IMG/VR virus record: IMGVR_UViG_3300020440_000063
Span: 1-28,930 of that record
Origin: a virus
Lineage: Duplodnaviria; Caudoviricetes
DNA: 28,930 nucleotides
Reading direction: 5' to 3' (one strand)
Shown: positions 1-7,379 of the stretch, piece after piece
Numbering within the stretch: position 1 is the first letter of the stretch
Layout: each line of letters starts with the position of its first letter
Notes under the pieces: generated by a model
What the model was told of the DNA's origin: nothing
Seen by the model: the letters and a program-made list of their open reading frames with translations, nothing else
The model's database searches: none
Made by a program: the position numbers and the translations under genes

Positions 1-66
1 CAATAGATAAAGATAAATTATATCCATCCTTTACATAGTATTTATAAAAAGTAATGTACAGGCTAC

Positions 67-97
67 TTGGCTGCCCGAGTGGTTCTTCGTATATTTA
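67..97 (+). promoter_or_regulatory. Host-sigma-type (Bacteroidota -33/-7-like) promoter, copy 1: TTGG-N17-CGTATATTTA
   Basis: TTGG 67-70, 17-nt spacer, CGTATATTTA 88-97, 32 nt upstream of ATG 130. The same architecture and spacing recur at 2754, 3070 and 27416 and resemble the Bacteroidota TTTG / TAnnTTTG consensus. Confidence 0.75.
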
Positions 98-129
98 GGG
101 CATAAATAAATAAATTAAAATTAAAGGTT

Positions 130-966
130 ATGTTAGATTTACAAAGTTCAGATTTTTTAAGTTTAGAGGAGATTAAAAAAATGGCTCCTTCAGTATTTAC
201 TACTCAAGGTAGTAAAGATACTTCAGATAAGTATACACACATCCCAACAGATACTGTAATTAGAGATTTAGAGTTATTAGGTTGGAGAGTAGCAGATGTA
301 AAAGAAGTTGCTGCTAGAAAAGAAGGTAATAAGGGTTTTCAAAAACACTTAGTTATATTTAGAAACCCGGATGTAGTAATTACAGGTAACGATGGTGATA
401 CTGTTTATCCACAAGTTTTACTTACCAATTCACATGATGGTAAAAATTCATTTAAATTTCAAGCTGGTTTATTCAGAATGATATGTGAGAATGGTTTAGT
501 TATAGCTGATGAGACATTTGAAGATTATTCAATTAGACATATGGGTTATGATTTTGATGCGCTCCAAGGTGTAATTAAAGATATGATTTCAAATCTTGAT
601 TTAACTGTTGAATCAATGAATAAAATGAAACAAATTGAGTTAGATGAGTTTCAACAATTAGAGTTAGCTAAAAAATTACTTGATATTAGATTAGAAGGTA
701 CAGGTAATCAACACGAGCTTCAAGCAATAAAGGATATTAATATTTCTCAAAGAGAAGAGGATAATGGAAGTGATTTATGGAGTGTATTTAATAGACAACA
801 AGAGAATATAATTGAAGGTAATTTCAAATATTATAATGAAAAAAGATATTCTAACATGGTTTCTAATTTACATTTTGTTGCTAGACAAGCAAGACCAATT
901 AAGAATTTCAAGCAAGATATGGCTGTTAATAAGAAAATGTTTGCAGCAGCATTAGAATTGGTATAA
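130..966 (+). CDS. DUF932/DUF945-family protein (phage/plasmid conserved, function unknown)
   Basis: 278 aa; motifs APSVF, YTHIPT, KHLVIFR and PQVLLTNSHDGKNSFKFQAGLFRMICENGL are characteristic of this family. Confidence 0.85.
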   Translation: MLDLQSSDFLSLEEIKKMAPSVFTTQGSKDTSDKYTHIPTDTVIRDLELLGWRVADVKEVAARKEGNKGFQKHLVIFRNPDVVITGNDGDTVYPQVLLTNSHDGKNSFKFQAGLFRMICENGLVIADETFEDYSIRHMGYDFDALQGVIKDMISNLDLTVESMNKMKQIELDEFQQLELAKKLLDIRLEGTGNQHELQAIKDINISQREEDNGSDLWSVFNRQQENIIEGNFKYYNEKRYSNMVSNLHFVARQARPIKNFKQDMAVNKKMFAAALELV

Positions 967-1190
967 TGAAAGAATATATCAAACGTACAATTGATGGGAT
1001 GAGACAGGAGCTTTTAGAGTTCCTGCCTCAACGCATTATAGATGTAATTGAACCGAAAGATGTTTTACGTATGCATCAGTATAAAATAGGAAATGAAATA
1101 ATAAAAGAGCAATATCGTATTAAATCAACTCAAGAATATATTGAGTTAATGAATTGGTATGATGCTAAGTCAAGAATAGTTTTAAAATGA
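966..1190 (+). CDS. Hypothetical protein (74 aa)
   Basis: TAATG overlap with the upstream stop and ATGA overlap with the next ORF; no recognisable motif. Confidence 0.75.
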   Translation: MKEYIKRTIDGMRQELLEFLPQRIIDVIEPKDVLRMHQYKIGNEIIKEQYRIKSTQEYIELMNWYDAKSRIVLK

Positions 1191-1297
1191 ATAAATACGA
1201 ATTTTTAGTACTTTTTTGGGTTGGAATCCCATTATGGCTTATAGCAATTACATTTATAATGTTGTTATTAAGAATTAAAGAATCAATGTGTTTTTAA
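1187..1297 (+). CDS. Small membrane protein (36 aa, MNKYEFLVLFWVGIPLWLIAITFIMLLLRIKESMCF)
   Basis: Translated by hand (not in track); ATGA overlap with the previous gene; single hydrophobic helix. Confidence 0.65.
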   Translation: MNKYEFLVLFWVGIPLWLIAITFIMLLLRIKESMCF

Positions 1298-1298
1298 T

Positions 1299-1457
1299 AT
1301 GAGTTTAATTTATATGCAATCCACTATTGATTATATTCATTCTAAAGATCCTTATCTAGTAGAAAGGTTAGTTAAATTAGGTGAGCCTGAAATTAAGGAA
1401 ATTATAAAAGAAGATACCATCAAATATTATAAATTTAAATTAGAAAAAAATGGATAA
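1299..1457 (+). CDS. Small hypothetical protein (52 aa, MSLIYMQSTIDYIHSKDPYLVERLVKLGEPEIKEIIKEDTIKYYKFKLEKNG)
   Basis: Translated by hand; starts 1 nt after the previous stop and tiles the gap. Confidence 0.65.
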   Translation: MSLIYMQSTIDYIHSKDPYLVERLVKLGEPEIKEIIKEDTIKYYKFKLEKNG

Positions 1458-1584
1458 TAATATTAAAGAATTTTTATATAATTATATTTCAAGAATTGAA
1501 GTGTCCCTTGAAGAAGGAGAAATAGGTTCTGCAAAACAAGAACTAGAGGCATTAAGGTGGAAAATATATCATAATACTTTTTAA
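1450..1584 (+). CDS. Small hypothetical protein (44 aa, MDNNIKEFLYNYISRIEVSLEEGEIGSAKQELEALRWKIYHNTF)
   Basis: Translated by hand; 8-nt overlap with the previous ORF, A-rich start context; looks like a two-helix hairpin. Confidence 0.65.
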   Translation: MDNNIKEFLYNYISRIEVSLEEGEIGSAKQELEALRWKIYHNTF

Positions 1585-1586
1585 AA

Positions 1587-1724
1587 ATGAAAAAACATCC
1601 TTATTACGATAGAGAGAGTAGAGAAACTTCATTTAAAATATTAGTTTGGTGTGGCATAGGATTAGTGGTATTGCTTGTAACTATATTAATTAGTTCTGCC
1701 CTTAATTTACTTGAATTACAATAA
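1587..1724 (+). CDS. Small membrane protein (45 aa, MKKHPYYDRESRETSFKILVWCGIGLVVLLVTILISSALNLLELQ)
   Basis: Translated by hand; charged N-terminus followed by one transmembrane-like segment. Confidence 0.65.
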   Translation: MKKHPYYDRESRETSFKILVWCGIGLVVLLVTILISSALNLLELQ

Positions 1725-1742
1725 AATAATATATATAAATAT

Positions 1743-2459
1743 ATGGGTATAGAAGATAAAATTTATATTTTTGATGACATAGTTCCAGTGGCTACTCAAA
1801 ATATGTTGTTTTTATATGCCATGAAGTTCTCTAGATTTAAATATACACCTAGGACGGCTGATAATAGATTGTTTGCGGATAATTTAGAGGGTGAAAATGT
1901 ATATGAAGATTTACAAATGGTATCAATGGTTATGAACAGAGAAAAGGGGCCCTGGGGTGAGTTACGTTATGATTTTAGACATAAGTCTCAATTACCTTTG
2001 ATATTATCTCCTTTAATAAATACTTTAGCACATCATAATTATATTTTAGATTTAGAAGAAATTGAAAGAGTAAAATTTAACTTACAATTCCAAATTAATA
2101 AAAAATATAAAAATATGCATAATACCCCCCATATCGACCATTCGCCTTCTCTAGATACTATGTGGTCGGGAATTTATTATGCAAATGATAGTGATGGAGA
2201 TACTATATTTTTTGAATTAGAAGATAATATTAGTGCAAGTGATTTTTTCAATGAAAACAATAGTAAAATTAGAGATGAATATTATAAAAAATATAAAGAT
2301 CTTAAAATTTTAAAAAGAATAAAACCTAAAAAAGGAAGGTTTGTTTTTTTTAAAAATAATATACCACATGCAGGTTCAAATCCTATTAATTTTAAGGAAA
2401 GGTTAGTTATAAACTATAATATTAATTTTAAAGAGGGCTTAAGGGATCAATTTTTATAA
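1743..2459 (+). CDS. 2OG-Fe(II) oxygenase superfamily protein
   Basis: HxD (PHID), GIYY...DGDTIFF, PKKGRFVFF, distal His (PHAG) and Arg (ERLVINYN): the double-stranded beta-helix facial-triad pattern common in aquatic T4-like phages. Confidence 0.85.
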   Translation: MGIEDKIYIFDDIVPVATQNMLFLYAMKFSRFKYTPRTADNRLFADNLEGENVYEDLQMVSMVMNREKGPWGELRYDFRHKSQLPLILSPLINTLAHHNYILDLEEIERVKFNLQFQINKKYKNMHNTPHIDHSPSLDTMWSGIYYANDSDGDTIFFELEDNISASDFFNENNSKIRDEYYKKYKDLKILKRIKPKKGRFVFFKNNIPHAGSNPINFKERLVINYNINFKEGLRDQFL

Positions 2460-2484
2460 ATAATAAAACAATACATACAAATAT

Positions 2485-2766
2485 ATGGAAGATATACTTA
2501 AAAATACAATAAATAACTTAGAAAAAAGTTATGGTGAATTGGGGCAAATGAAAAACCAATTACTTTCTATGTCTTTAGGTTCATTTGATTATCTTTTTGA
2601 AGGAAAAGATCCTCTTTATACAAAAATGGATAAAAAAAGTAGTAATGAAACTATTTCTGCTTTAGAAAATGATCTATTACCTTTATTTGAAGAAAGTAAA
2701 TTTAAAGAAGGAATAGAAAAAGTTAAAGAATATATAAAGCTTTTACAAGAAAATTTGGAGAAGTAA
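2485..2766 (+). CDS. Hypothetical protein (93 aa)
   Basis: ORF with A-rich start context; helical and charged; no motif recognised. Confidence 0.7.
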   Translation: MEDILKNTINNLEKSYGELGQMKNQLLSMSLGSFDYLFEGKDPLYTKMDKKSSNETISALENDLLPLFEESKFKEGIEKVKEYIKLLQENLEK

Positions 2767-2784
2767 AAAACTTCTCGTACCTTT
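2754..2784 (+). promoter_or_regulatory. Host-sigma-type promoter, copy 2: TTTGG-N17-CGTACCTTT
   Basis: TTTGG 2754-2758, 17-nt spacer, CGTACCTTT 2776-2784; 31 nt upstream of ATG 2816. Confidence 0.7.
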
Positions 2785-2795
2785 TTATTACGAGA
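2758..2795. repeat. Two overlapping 7-bp inverted repeats
   Basis: GAGAAGT (2758-2764) / ACTTCTC (2770-2776) and TCTCGTA (2773-2779) / TACGAGA (2789-2795), both perfect. Confidence 0.7.
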
Positions 2796-2815
2796 GATTT
2801 AAAAAATAAATATTT

Positions 2816-3154
2816 ATGAAAGAGGGGTTTAAGGAAATAGATAAAGAGGGGGTAGGGGACATCACGTTATATACACTTCCACACTGTAATTACTGTCAAA
2901 CTTTAAAAAACGCTTTAAACAAATTAAAAGTTCCATACAATGATATTAATATTGATGAGAACGAGACTATGGGTGACTGGTTAGAGGAAAATTTAAAAAC
3001 AGAATCTTACCCTATCATTTACTACAAAAGAACTCCAGAAGAATATATTTATATTTTATCTCAAACAGATTTGGAAACACTAAATGGTATTCGTATATTT
3101 AACACGATTGAGGAAGCACTAGAAATCCTCTTAGAATTTTATTATGAGATATAA
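2816..3154 (+). CDS. Glutaredoxin/NrdH-like thiol-disulfide oxidoreductase
   Basis: ITLYTLPHCNYC (CxxC after beta-1), LKNAL..LKVPYNDINID, SYPII (cis-Pro motif). Confidence 0.85.
   Translation: MKEGFKEIDKEGVGDITLYTLPHCNYCQTLKNALNKLKVPYNDINIDENETMGDWLEENLKTESYPIIYYKRTPEEYIYILSQTDLETLNGIRIFNTIEEALEILLEFYYEI
3070..3101 (+). promoter_or_regulatory. Host-sigma-type promoter, copy 3: TTTGG-N17-CGTATATTTA (inside the glutaredoxin ORF)
   Basis: Downstream element is identical over 10 nt to copy 1, with the same spacer; 42 nt upstream of ATG 3144. Confidence 0.72.
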
Positions 3155-3317
3155 AGATTTATTACAACGTAATTTAGAAAAAATTGAAAACCAGCTTAAC
3201 ATTGTAAAACATAATGCTCAAAGAGGTGAACAAAGACAAGTTAATGAGACAATTGATAATATAAAAGAAATTATTTCACAATCTCAAACATATCTAAATA
3301 ACGAAACACAAGAATAA
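3144..3317 (+). CDS. Small coiled-coil/helical hypothetical protein (57 aa, MRYKDLLQRNLEKIENQLNIVKHNAQRGEQRQVNETIDNIKEIISQSQTYLNNETQE)
   Basis: Translated by hand (not in track); fills the gap between glutaredoxin and the HD gene and ends 1 nt before ATG 3319; has its own promoter. Confidence 0.75.
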   Translation: MRYKDLLQRNLEKIENQLNIVKHNAQRGEQRQVNETIDNIKEIISQSQTYLNNETQE

Positions 3318-3318
3318 C

Positions 3319-4071
3319 ATGGTTTTAACAGCGGAGCAAATAAAAAGCAATTATGACGTTCTCTTGAATGGAATTGAAAAATATGTTGAAGGCGAACGTA
3401 AACAACAGTTTCTAGATTTTTATAATAAACTAGACGAAAGAATTGCTTTATTACCTGCTTCTCATAAAAAAGCGTATCACAATTGTTTCCCGGGGGGTTA
3501 TGTTGATCACGTTATACGTGTTATAACTGCCGCATTTAAGGTTCATAAGGTGTGGCAGGAAATGGGAACCAAAGATACCTATACAGAAGAGGAATTATTT
3601 GTTGCCGCTTTAAACCATGACTTAGGTAAAATAGGATCATTAGAACATGTATCCGTTGTACCTTCCACTGATGAATGGAGAAAGAAAAATTTAGGTGAAA
3701 TGTATACCTTTAATACAGCTAATGAATACATGTCTGTTCCAGACAGATCATTATTTTTATTACAACAAGCAGGAATTGAATTAACTACTAATGAATGGAT
3801 TGCTATTAAAACTCACGATGGTTTATATGATCAAGCAAATGAAGCATATTTAAAAGGATATATGCCTGAAACAAAACCTCGTACTTCACTTCCTTTTATA
3901 ATCCACCAAGCTGACCTAATGGCAGCACGTATTGAGTTTGAACGTGAGTGGTTGGATACTTTTGGTGAACAACCAAAATCAAAATCAACAAAGCAAGATC
4001 GAGTTAATACTAACTTAGATAAAATAGGTTCTGATAATGATAATTTAATGAATTTAGTTAAAAATCTCTAA
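3319..4071 (+). CDS. HD-domain phosphohydrolase (YhaM-like HD subfamily)
   Basis: PASHKKAYHNCFPGGYVDHVIRV ... ALNHDLGKIG ... HDG ... HQADLMA: H...HD...D metal-binding pattern with the PAS..H...GG...H motif. Confidence 0.85.
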   Translation: MVLTAEQIKSNYDVLLNGIEKYVEGERKQQFLDFYNKLDERIALLPASHKKAYHNCFPGGYVDHVIRVITAAFKVHKVWQEMGTKDTYTEEELFVAALNHDLGKIGSLEHVSVVPSTDEWRKKNLGEMYTFNTANEYMSVPDRSLFLLQQAGIELTTNEWIAIKTHDGLYDQANEAYLKGYMPETKPRTSLPFIIHQADLMAARIEFEREWLDTFGEQPKSKSTKQDRVNTNLDKIGSDNDNLMNLVKNL

Positions 4072-4364
4072 TGACTACAACCACTATAATAATATTAATT
4101 AATGTTGGACTTTTAGTTTTTGGAACTATTTCCTATATAATTTGGAATTTATTAAGAAAAAACGAAAGACAAGAAGATATAATTAGTACTCAAAATGAGT
4201 ATATACAAACTATATCCAATCTAATGTCGGAGTCAAATAAAAAAATTAAAGAAATAGATTCAAAACAGATCTTCCAATCAGATGATGAAATAGGATGGTT
4301 TTTTAAGGGTATAAAAGAGATTCAAGAGCTAATTAACGAATACAATATTAATCATAAACCTTAG
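4071..4364 (+). CDS. Membrane-anchored coiled-coil protein
   Basis: N-terminal hydrophobic segment IIILINVGLLVFGTISYIIW followed by a heptad-like charged region. Confidence 0.75.
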   Translation: MTTTTIIILINVGLLVFGTISYIIWNLLRKNERQEDIISTQNEYIQTISNLMSESNKKIKEIDSKQIFQSDDEIGWFFKGIKEIQELINEYNINHKP

Positions 4365-5171
4365 ATGATTACACCATTAGACGAGTCTCTTAAGGGAAAA
4401 ATTCTAGCTGTACCTCAAAAAGATGAGGGTCCTCAATATACTAAAAAAGGAACCTTAAGAAAAAGAAGACCAAAAACCAAAAATCAGTATTTTACTCAAG
4501 ATACAGAAGATGCTATAATTGAATATGTTAACGAAACAGATCAAGATAAGCGTAATGCTATATATAATGCACGTATTAAATATGCTTTTTTTAAATTAAC
4601 AGAAAATATTATACATACTTTTAAATTTTATTATACAGAGGTAGATACAATCCAACATTTACAACATGAGGTAATTACATTTTTACTTGAAAAACTTCAT
4701 CTATATAAACAAGGTAAAGGTAAAGCATTTTCTTATTTTGGTACTATAGCAAAACGTTATCTAATACTTTATAATAACAATAATTATAAAAAACTAAAAC
4801 AAAAAGCAGATGTTGATGCTGTTGATACAGACCAATCTATAGTAATTGATCTAACTAATAACCACTCACCAGATGAACCTTTAGATAGAGCTACAGAATT
4901 TATAGAATACTTACTTAGATATTTTGATTTATATATCTTTGATCATTTTCCTAAACCCGAAGATGCTAAAACAGCCGATGCCATATTGGAACTATTTCGT
5001 AAAAGAGAAAATATAGAATTATTTAATAAAAAAGCTATATACATATATATCCGTGAAATGACTGATCAATCTACACCACAAATTACTAAAGTAATTAAAA
5101 AAATGAAAAAAATATATGTTAGATTGATGAGCCAATATAATGAGCACGGGTATGTTAGTATGAAATTCTAA
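4365..5171 (+). CDS. Phage sigma factor (sigma70 region-2-like, T4 gp55-type late sigma)
   Basis: NQYFT..EDAIIEY, FFKLTENII, EVITFLLEKLHLY..GKGKAFSYFGTIAKRYLILY resemble sigma region 2 and the gp55 'F.YFT.I' segment; it sits immediately before the structural genes. Confidence 0.7.
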   Translation: MITPLDESLKGKILAVPQKDEGPQYTKKGTLRKRRPKTKNQYFTQDTEDAIIEYVNETDQDKRNAIYNARIKYAFFKLTENIIHTFKFYYTEVDTIQHLQHEVITFLLEKLHLYKQGKGKAFSYFGTIAKRYLILYNNNNYKKLKQKADVDAVDTDQSIVIDLTNNHSPDEPLDRATEFIEYLLRYFDLYIFDHFPKPEDAKTADAILELFRKRENIELFNKKAIYIYIREMTDQSTPQITKVIKKMKKIYVRLMSQYNEHGYVSMKF

Positions 5172-5186
5172 CTCTTCTATATATCC

Positions 5187-5195
5187 ATATTTATA
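5187..5195 (+). promoter_or_regulatory. Candidate late promoter ATATTTATA
   Basis: Intergenic, 15 nt upstream of ATG 5211; the same 9-mer occurs in the other two sizeable intergenic gaps of the structural module. Confidence 0.55.
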
Positions 5196-5210
5196 TCCAA
5201 AGCATAAATT

Positions 5211-5582
5211 ATGGATTTTTCAAGTATAAAATTATTCGGAAAGAAAAATTTTGCCGATCTTTTAAAGGAAATACATACAAATCAAAAAGATAAAGAAGTT
5301 CAATTACGTTCTTTAATAGAGGGATTAAAACCATTAATTACTTCACCAGGTGAGGCAACAATGATTGTTCCTTTAATTAAAGAATATATGGAATTAGCTA
5401 TTAAAAATGATGATGCCTTAATTAAAATGGCAGGTATTGTTCAAAGAGCAATGAATAGTAAGGCAGCTGATTCAGAAGAACTTTTAACAGATGAGGATAA
5501 AGAAATGCTCTTTAGTTCTCTTCAAGAATTAGATAAAAAAGTAGAAGTACCTAAATTAGAAGAGGTCAAGGATGCCAGTTAA
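5211..5582 (+). CDS. Helical hypothetical protein (possibly morphogenesis/terminase-small-subunit-like)
   Basis: 123 aa, all-helical pattern, first gene after a candidate late promoter. The function is a weak positional guess only. Confidence 0.6.
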   Translation: MDFSSIKLFGKKNFADLLKEIHTNQKDKEVQLRSLIEGLKPLITSPGEATMIVPLIKEYMELAIKNDDALIKMAGIVQRAMNSKAADSEELLTDEDKEMLFSSLQELDKKVEVPKLEEVKDAS

Positions 5583-6732
5583 CAACCAATTTCCCACAAT
5601 AGGGAACTCAGCATTTGTACCTAATAGTAATCCGATTTCTGTAATACAAAATGGAGGTTTACTACCTGCTAGAGTTATAGATATATCTTTAGTTACATCA
5701 ACTAATGGAGCATCTATATTTCAAACTACTGGTGAGTGGGCAAACGTTGGTGCTATTAAGTTCGAGCTATTAGGTAATAGTACTTCTAAAGAAAATTTTC
5801 CACAAGGACCTATCGCCTATCCACTTGATAATAATATTAGAAAGGTTCCTTTAATTAATGAGATAGTTTTTATAACATCTGGTCCCTCTAGAAATATAGC
5901 TTTAGAGGAAAATAGTGATGCTATAGATTTTTATTATATGAATGCTATCTCGGTTTGGGGGAGGAGTCATCTAAATATGCTTCCTTCAAATTCATCTACT
6001 AGTAAAAATACTGATACTGTATCTAAAGAAGATGTAGAAAAAGGAATTGAAAATAGTGAGAATAGTCAAGTAGTAGAACCTAAACCCGGAAATACTTTTG
6101 AAGAAAAAGAAACTATAAGAAATTTATTTCCAAATGAAGGAGACGTTATAGTAGAAGGAAGATTTGGAAATTCAATTAGATTTGGTTCAACAGCAAAACA
6201 ATCTGAAGAAAATAAAGATGTAGAAAGTCCTTGGAGTACAGAAGGGCAAAATGGGGAACCTATAACAATTATAAGAAATGGGCAATCACAAGTTGATTTA
6301 CCTTTTAATAATTGGTTCCCAATATATGAAGATATTCAAAATGATGATTCATCAATTTATATGACATCAGGTCAAACTATCCCTGTAGCTTTAGCCTCCA
6401 CTAATTTTACTTCATTTGGAATTGATGCTATACCTGTAGCTAATACTACCAAAATATTTGAAGGTGTACCTGTAATAGATCCAGATTCATCACTTAAAGA
6501 ACTAGATAATATAGAAAATACTTACGATACTGTTAATCAAGAACCTGATACATCTAATGAAAAGGAATTAGAACAAAAAATTAAAGAAAGGGTTCAAAAA
6601 CAAATTGAAGAAATAAAAAAACAAGAAAAATTAGAAGAATCATCTCAAACTAGATCTGGTGTTATAAAACAAGAACAACAAATAAATGATCAATTTACTA
6701 TTATAAAAAATAATGACGAAATACAAGTATAA
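5572..6732 (+). CDS. Baseplate central spike-like protein, N-terminal part (gp5/gpV-type OB fold plus start of beta region)
   Basis: ARVIDI..., GAIKF, AYPL...KVPLINEIVFI (OB-fold-type 'P..G/NE.V' motif), then EGDVIVEGRFGNSIRFGS and SSIYMTS beta-strand repeats; lies upstream of gp25/gp6. Confidence 0.6.
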   Translation: MPVNNQFPTIGNSAFVPNSNPISVIQNGGLLPARVIDISLVTSTNGASIFQTTGEWANVGAIKFELLGNSTSKENFPQGPIAYPLDNNIRKVPLINEIVFITSGPSRNIALEENSDAIDFYYMNAISVWGRSHLNMLPSNSSTSKNTDTVSKEDVEKGIENSENSQVVEPKPGNTFEEKETIRNLFPNEGDVIVEGRFGNSIRFGSTAKQSEENKDVESPWSTEGQNGEPITIIRNGQSQVDLPFNNWFPIYEDIQNDDSSIYMTSGQTIPVALASTNFTSFGIDAIPVANTTKIFEGVPVIDPDSSLKELDNIENTYDTVNQEPDTSNEKELEQKIKERVQKQIEEIKKQEKLEESSQTRSGVIKQEQQINDQFTIIKNNDEIQV

Positions 6733-7379
6733 TGTTGGAATTTATTTTAGATATATTATTTAATAATCCTGAAGGACTTACTTTTGCACTTTTTGGTTTA
6801 AAAAAGAAAAGAAGAAAAGCTGAAAGATTAATTAGACAAATGGAAGAAAAGGGTATTCCTGAATTAGATGCTCTTAATTCCGAAGGGGGAATTCCAGATA
6901 TTCCTCAATTTGATAATTCTATTCCTAGAACAACTTCAATTACTACACCTCCTAATAGTATTTCTTACCAACCTGAATTTCCTTATAGGGGAAAACAGAT
7001 TATCATAGATTCAGATAGAGTATTATTAAATGCTAAAGATGATTCTGTTTTTATAATTGGGGATAAAGCAGTAGGTATATCTACTAATGGTACATTTAAC
7101 ATAGATAGTAGTGGTAAAACTATAATAAATTCATCTCAAATTGATTTAGGTTTAGATGCTGAAGAATCTGCTGTAAAAGGAGACACATTAGTTAAAGTAT
7201 TTAATGAATATCTTTTAGGAATTAATACTCTAGTAGTACCACAATTAAAAGAAGCTACCGATGCTAATAATGTTAAAATAGCAAATGTTAATAGGGCGGG
7301 TGAAGCATTAGAAGCCTTAACTAAATTACTTAATGAAGATATAAAAGCAACACTATCAGATATAGTAAAAATTAAATAA
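6732..7379 (+). CDS. Baseplate central spike-like protein, C-terminal beta-helix part
   Basis: Periodic beta-strands GKQIIIDSDRVLLNAKDDSVFIIGDKAVGISTNGTFNIDSSGKTIINSSQIDLG...AVKGDTL typical of gp5/gpV spike beta-helices. Confidence 0.6.
   Translation: MLEFILDILFNNPEGLTFALFGLKKKRRKAERLIRQMEEKGIPELDALNSEGGIPDIPQFDNSIPRTTSITTPPNSISYQPEFPYRGKQIIIDSDRVLLNAKDDSVFIIGDKAVGISTNGTFNIDSSGKTIINSSQIDLGLDAEESAVKGDTLVKVFNEYLLGINTLVVPQLKEATDANNVKIANVNRAGEALEALTKLLNEDIKATLSDIVKIK

Noticed and set aside
1-46. Possible minus-strand gene start (ATG at 27-25, MDIIYLYLL...) with TATTTATA at 39-46
   Set aside because: Only 9 codons before the window edge and the motif orientation is ambiguous; cannot be supported.
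1734-1741. T4-type TATAAATA immediately before the 2OG-Fe(II) oxygenase start
   Set aside because: Only 1 nt from the ATG and inside a pure A/T tract; likely chance.
4071-4364. Holin or spanin call for the membrane protein
   Set aside because: No endolysin or lipoprotein partner nearby and it lies in a pre-late operon; one TM helix is not enough evidence.
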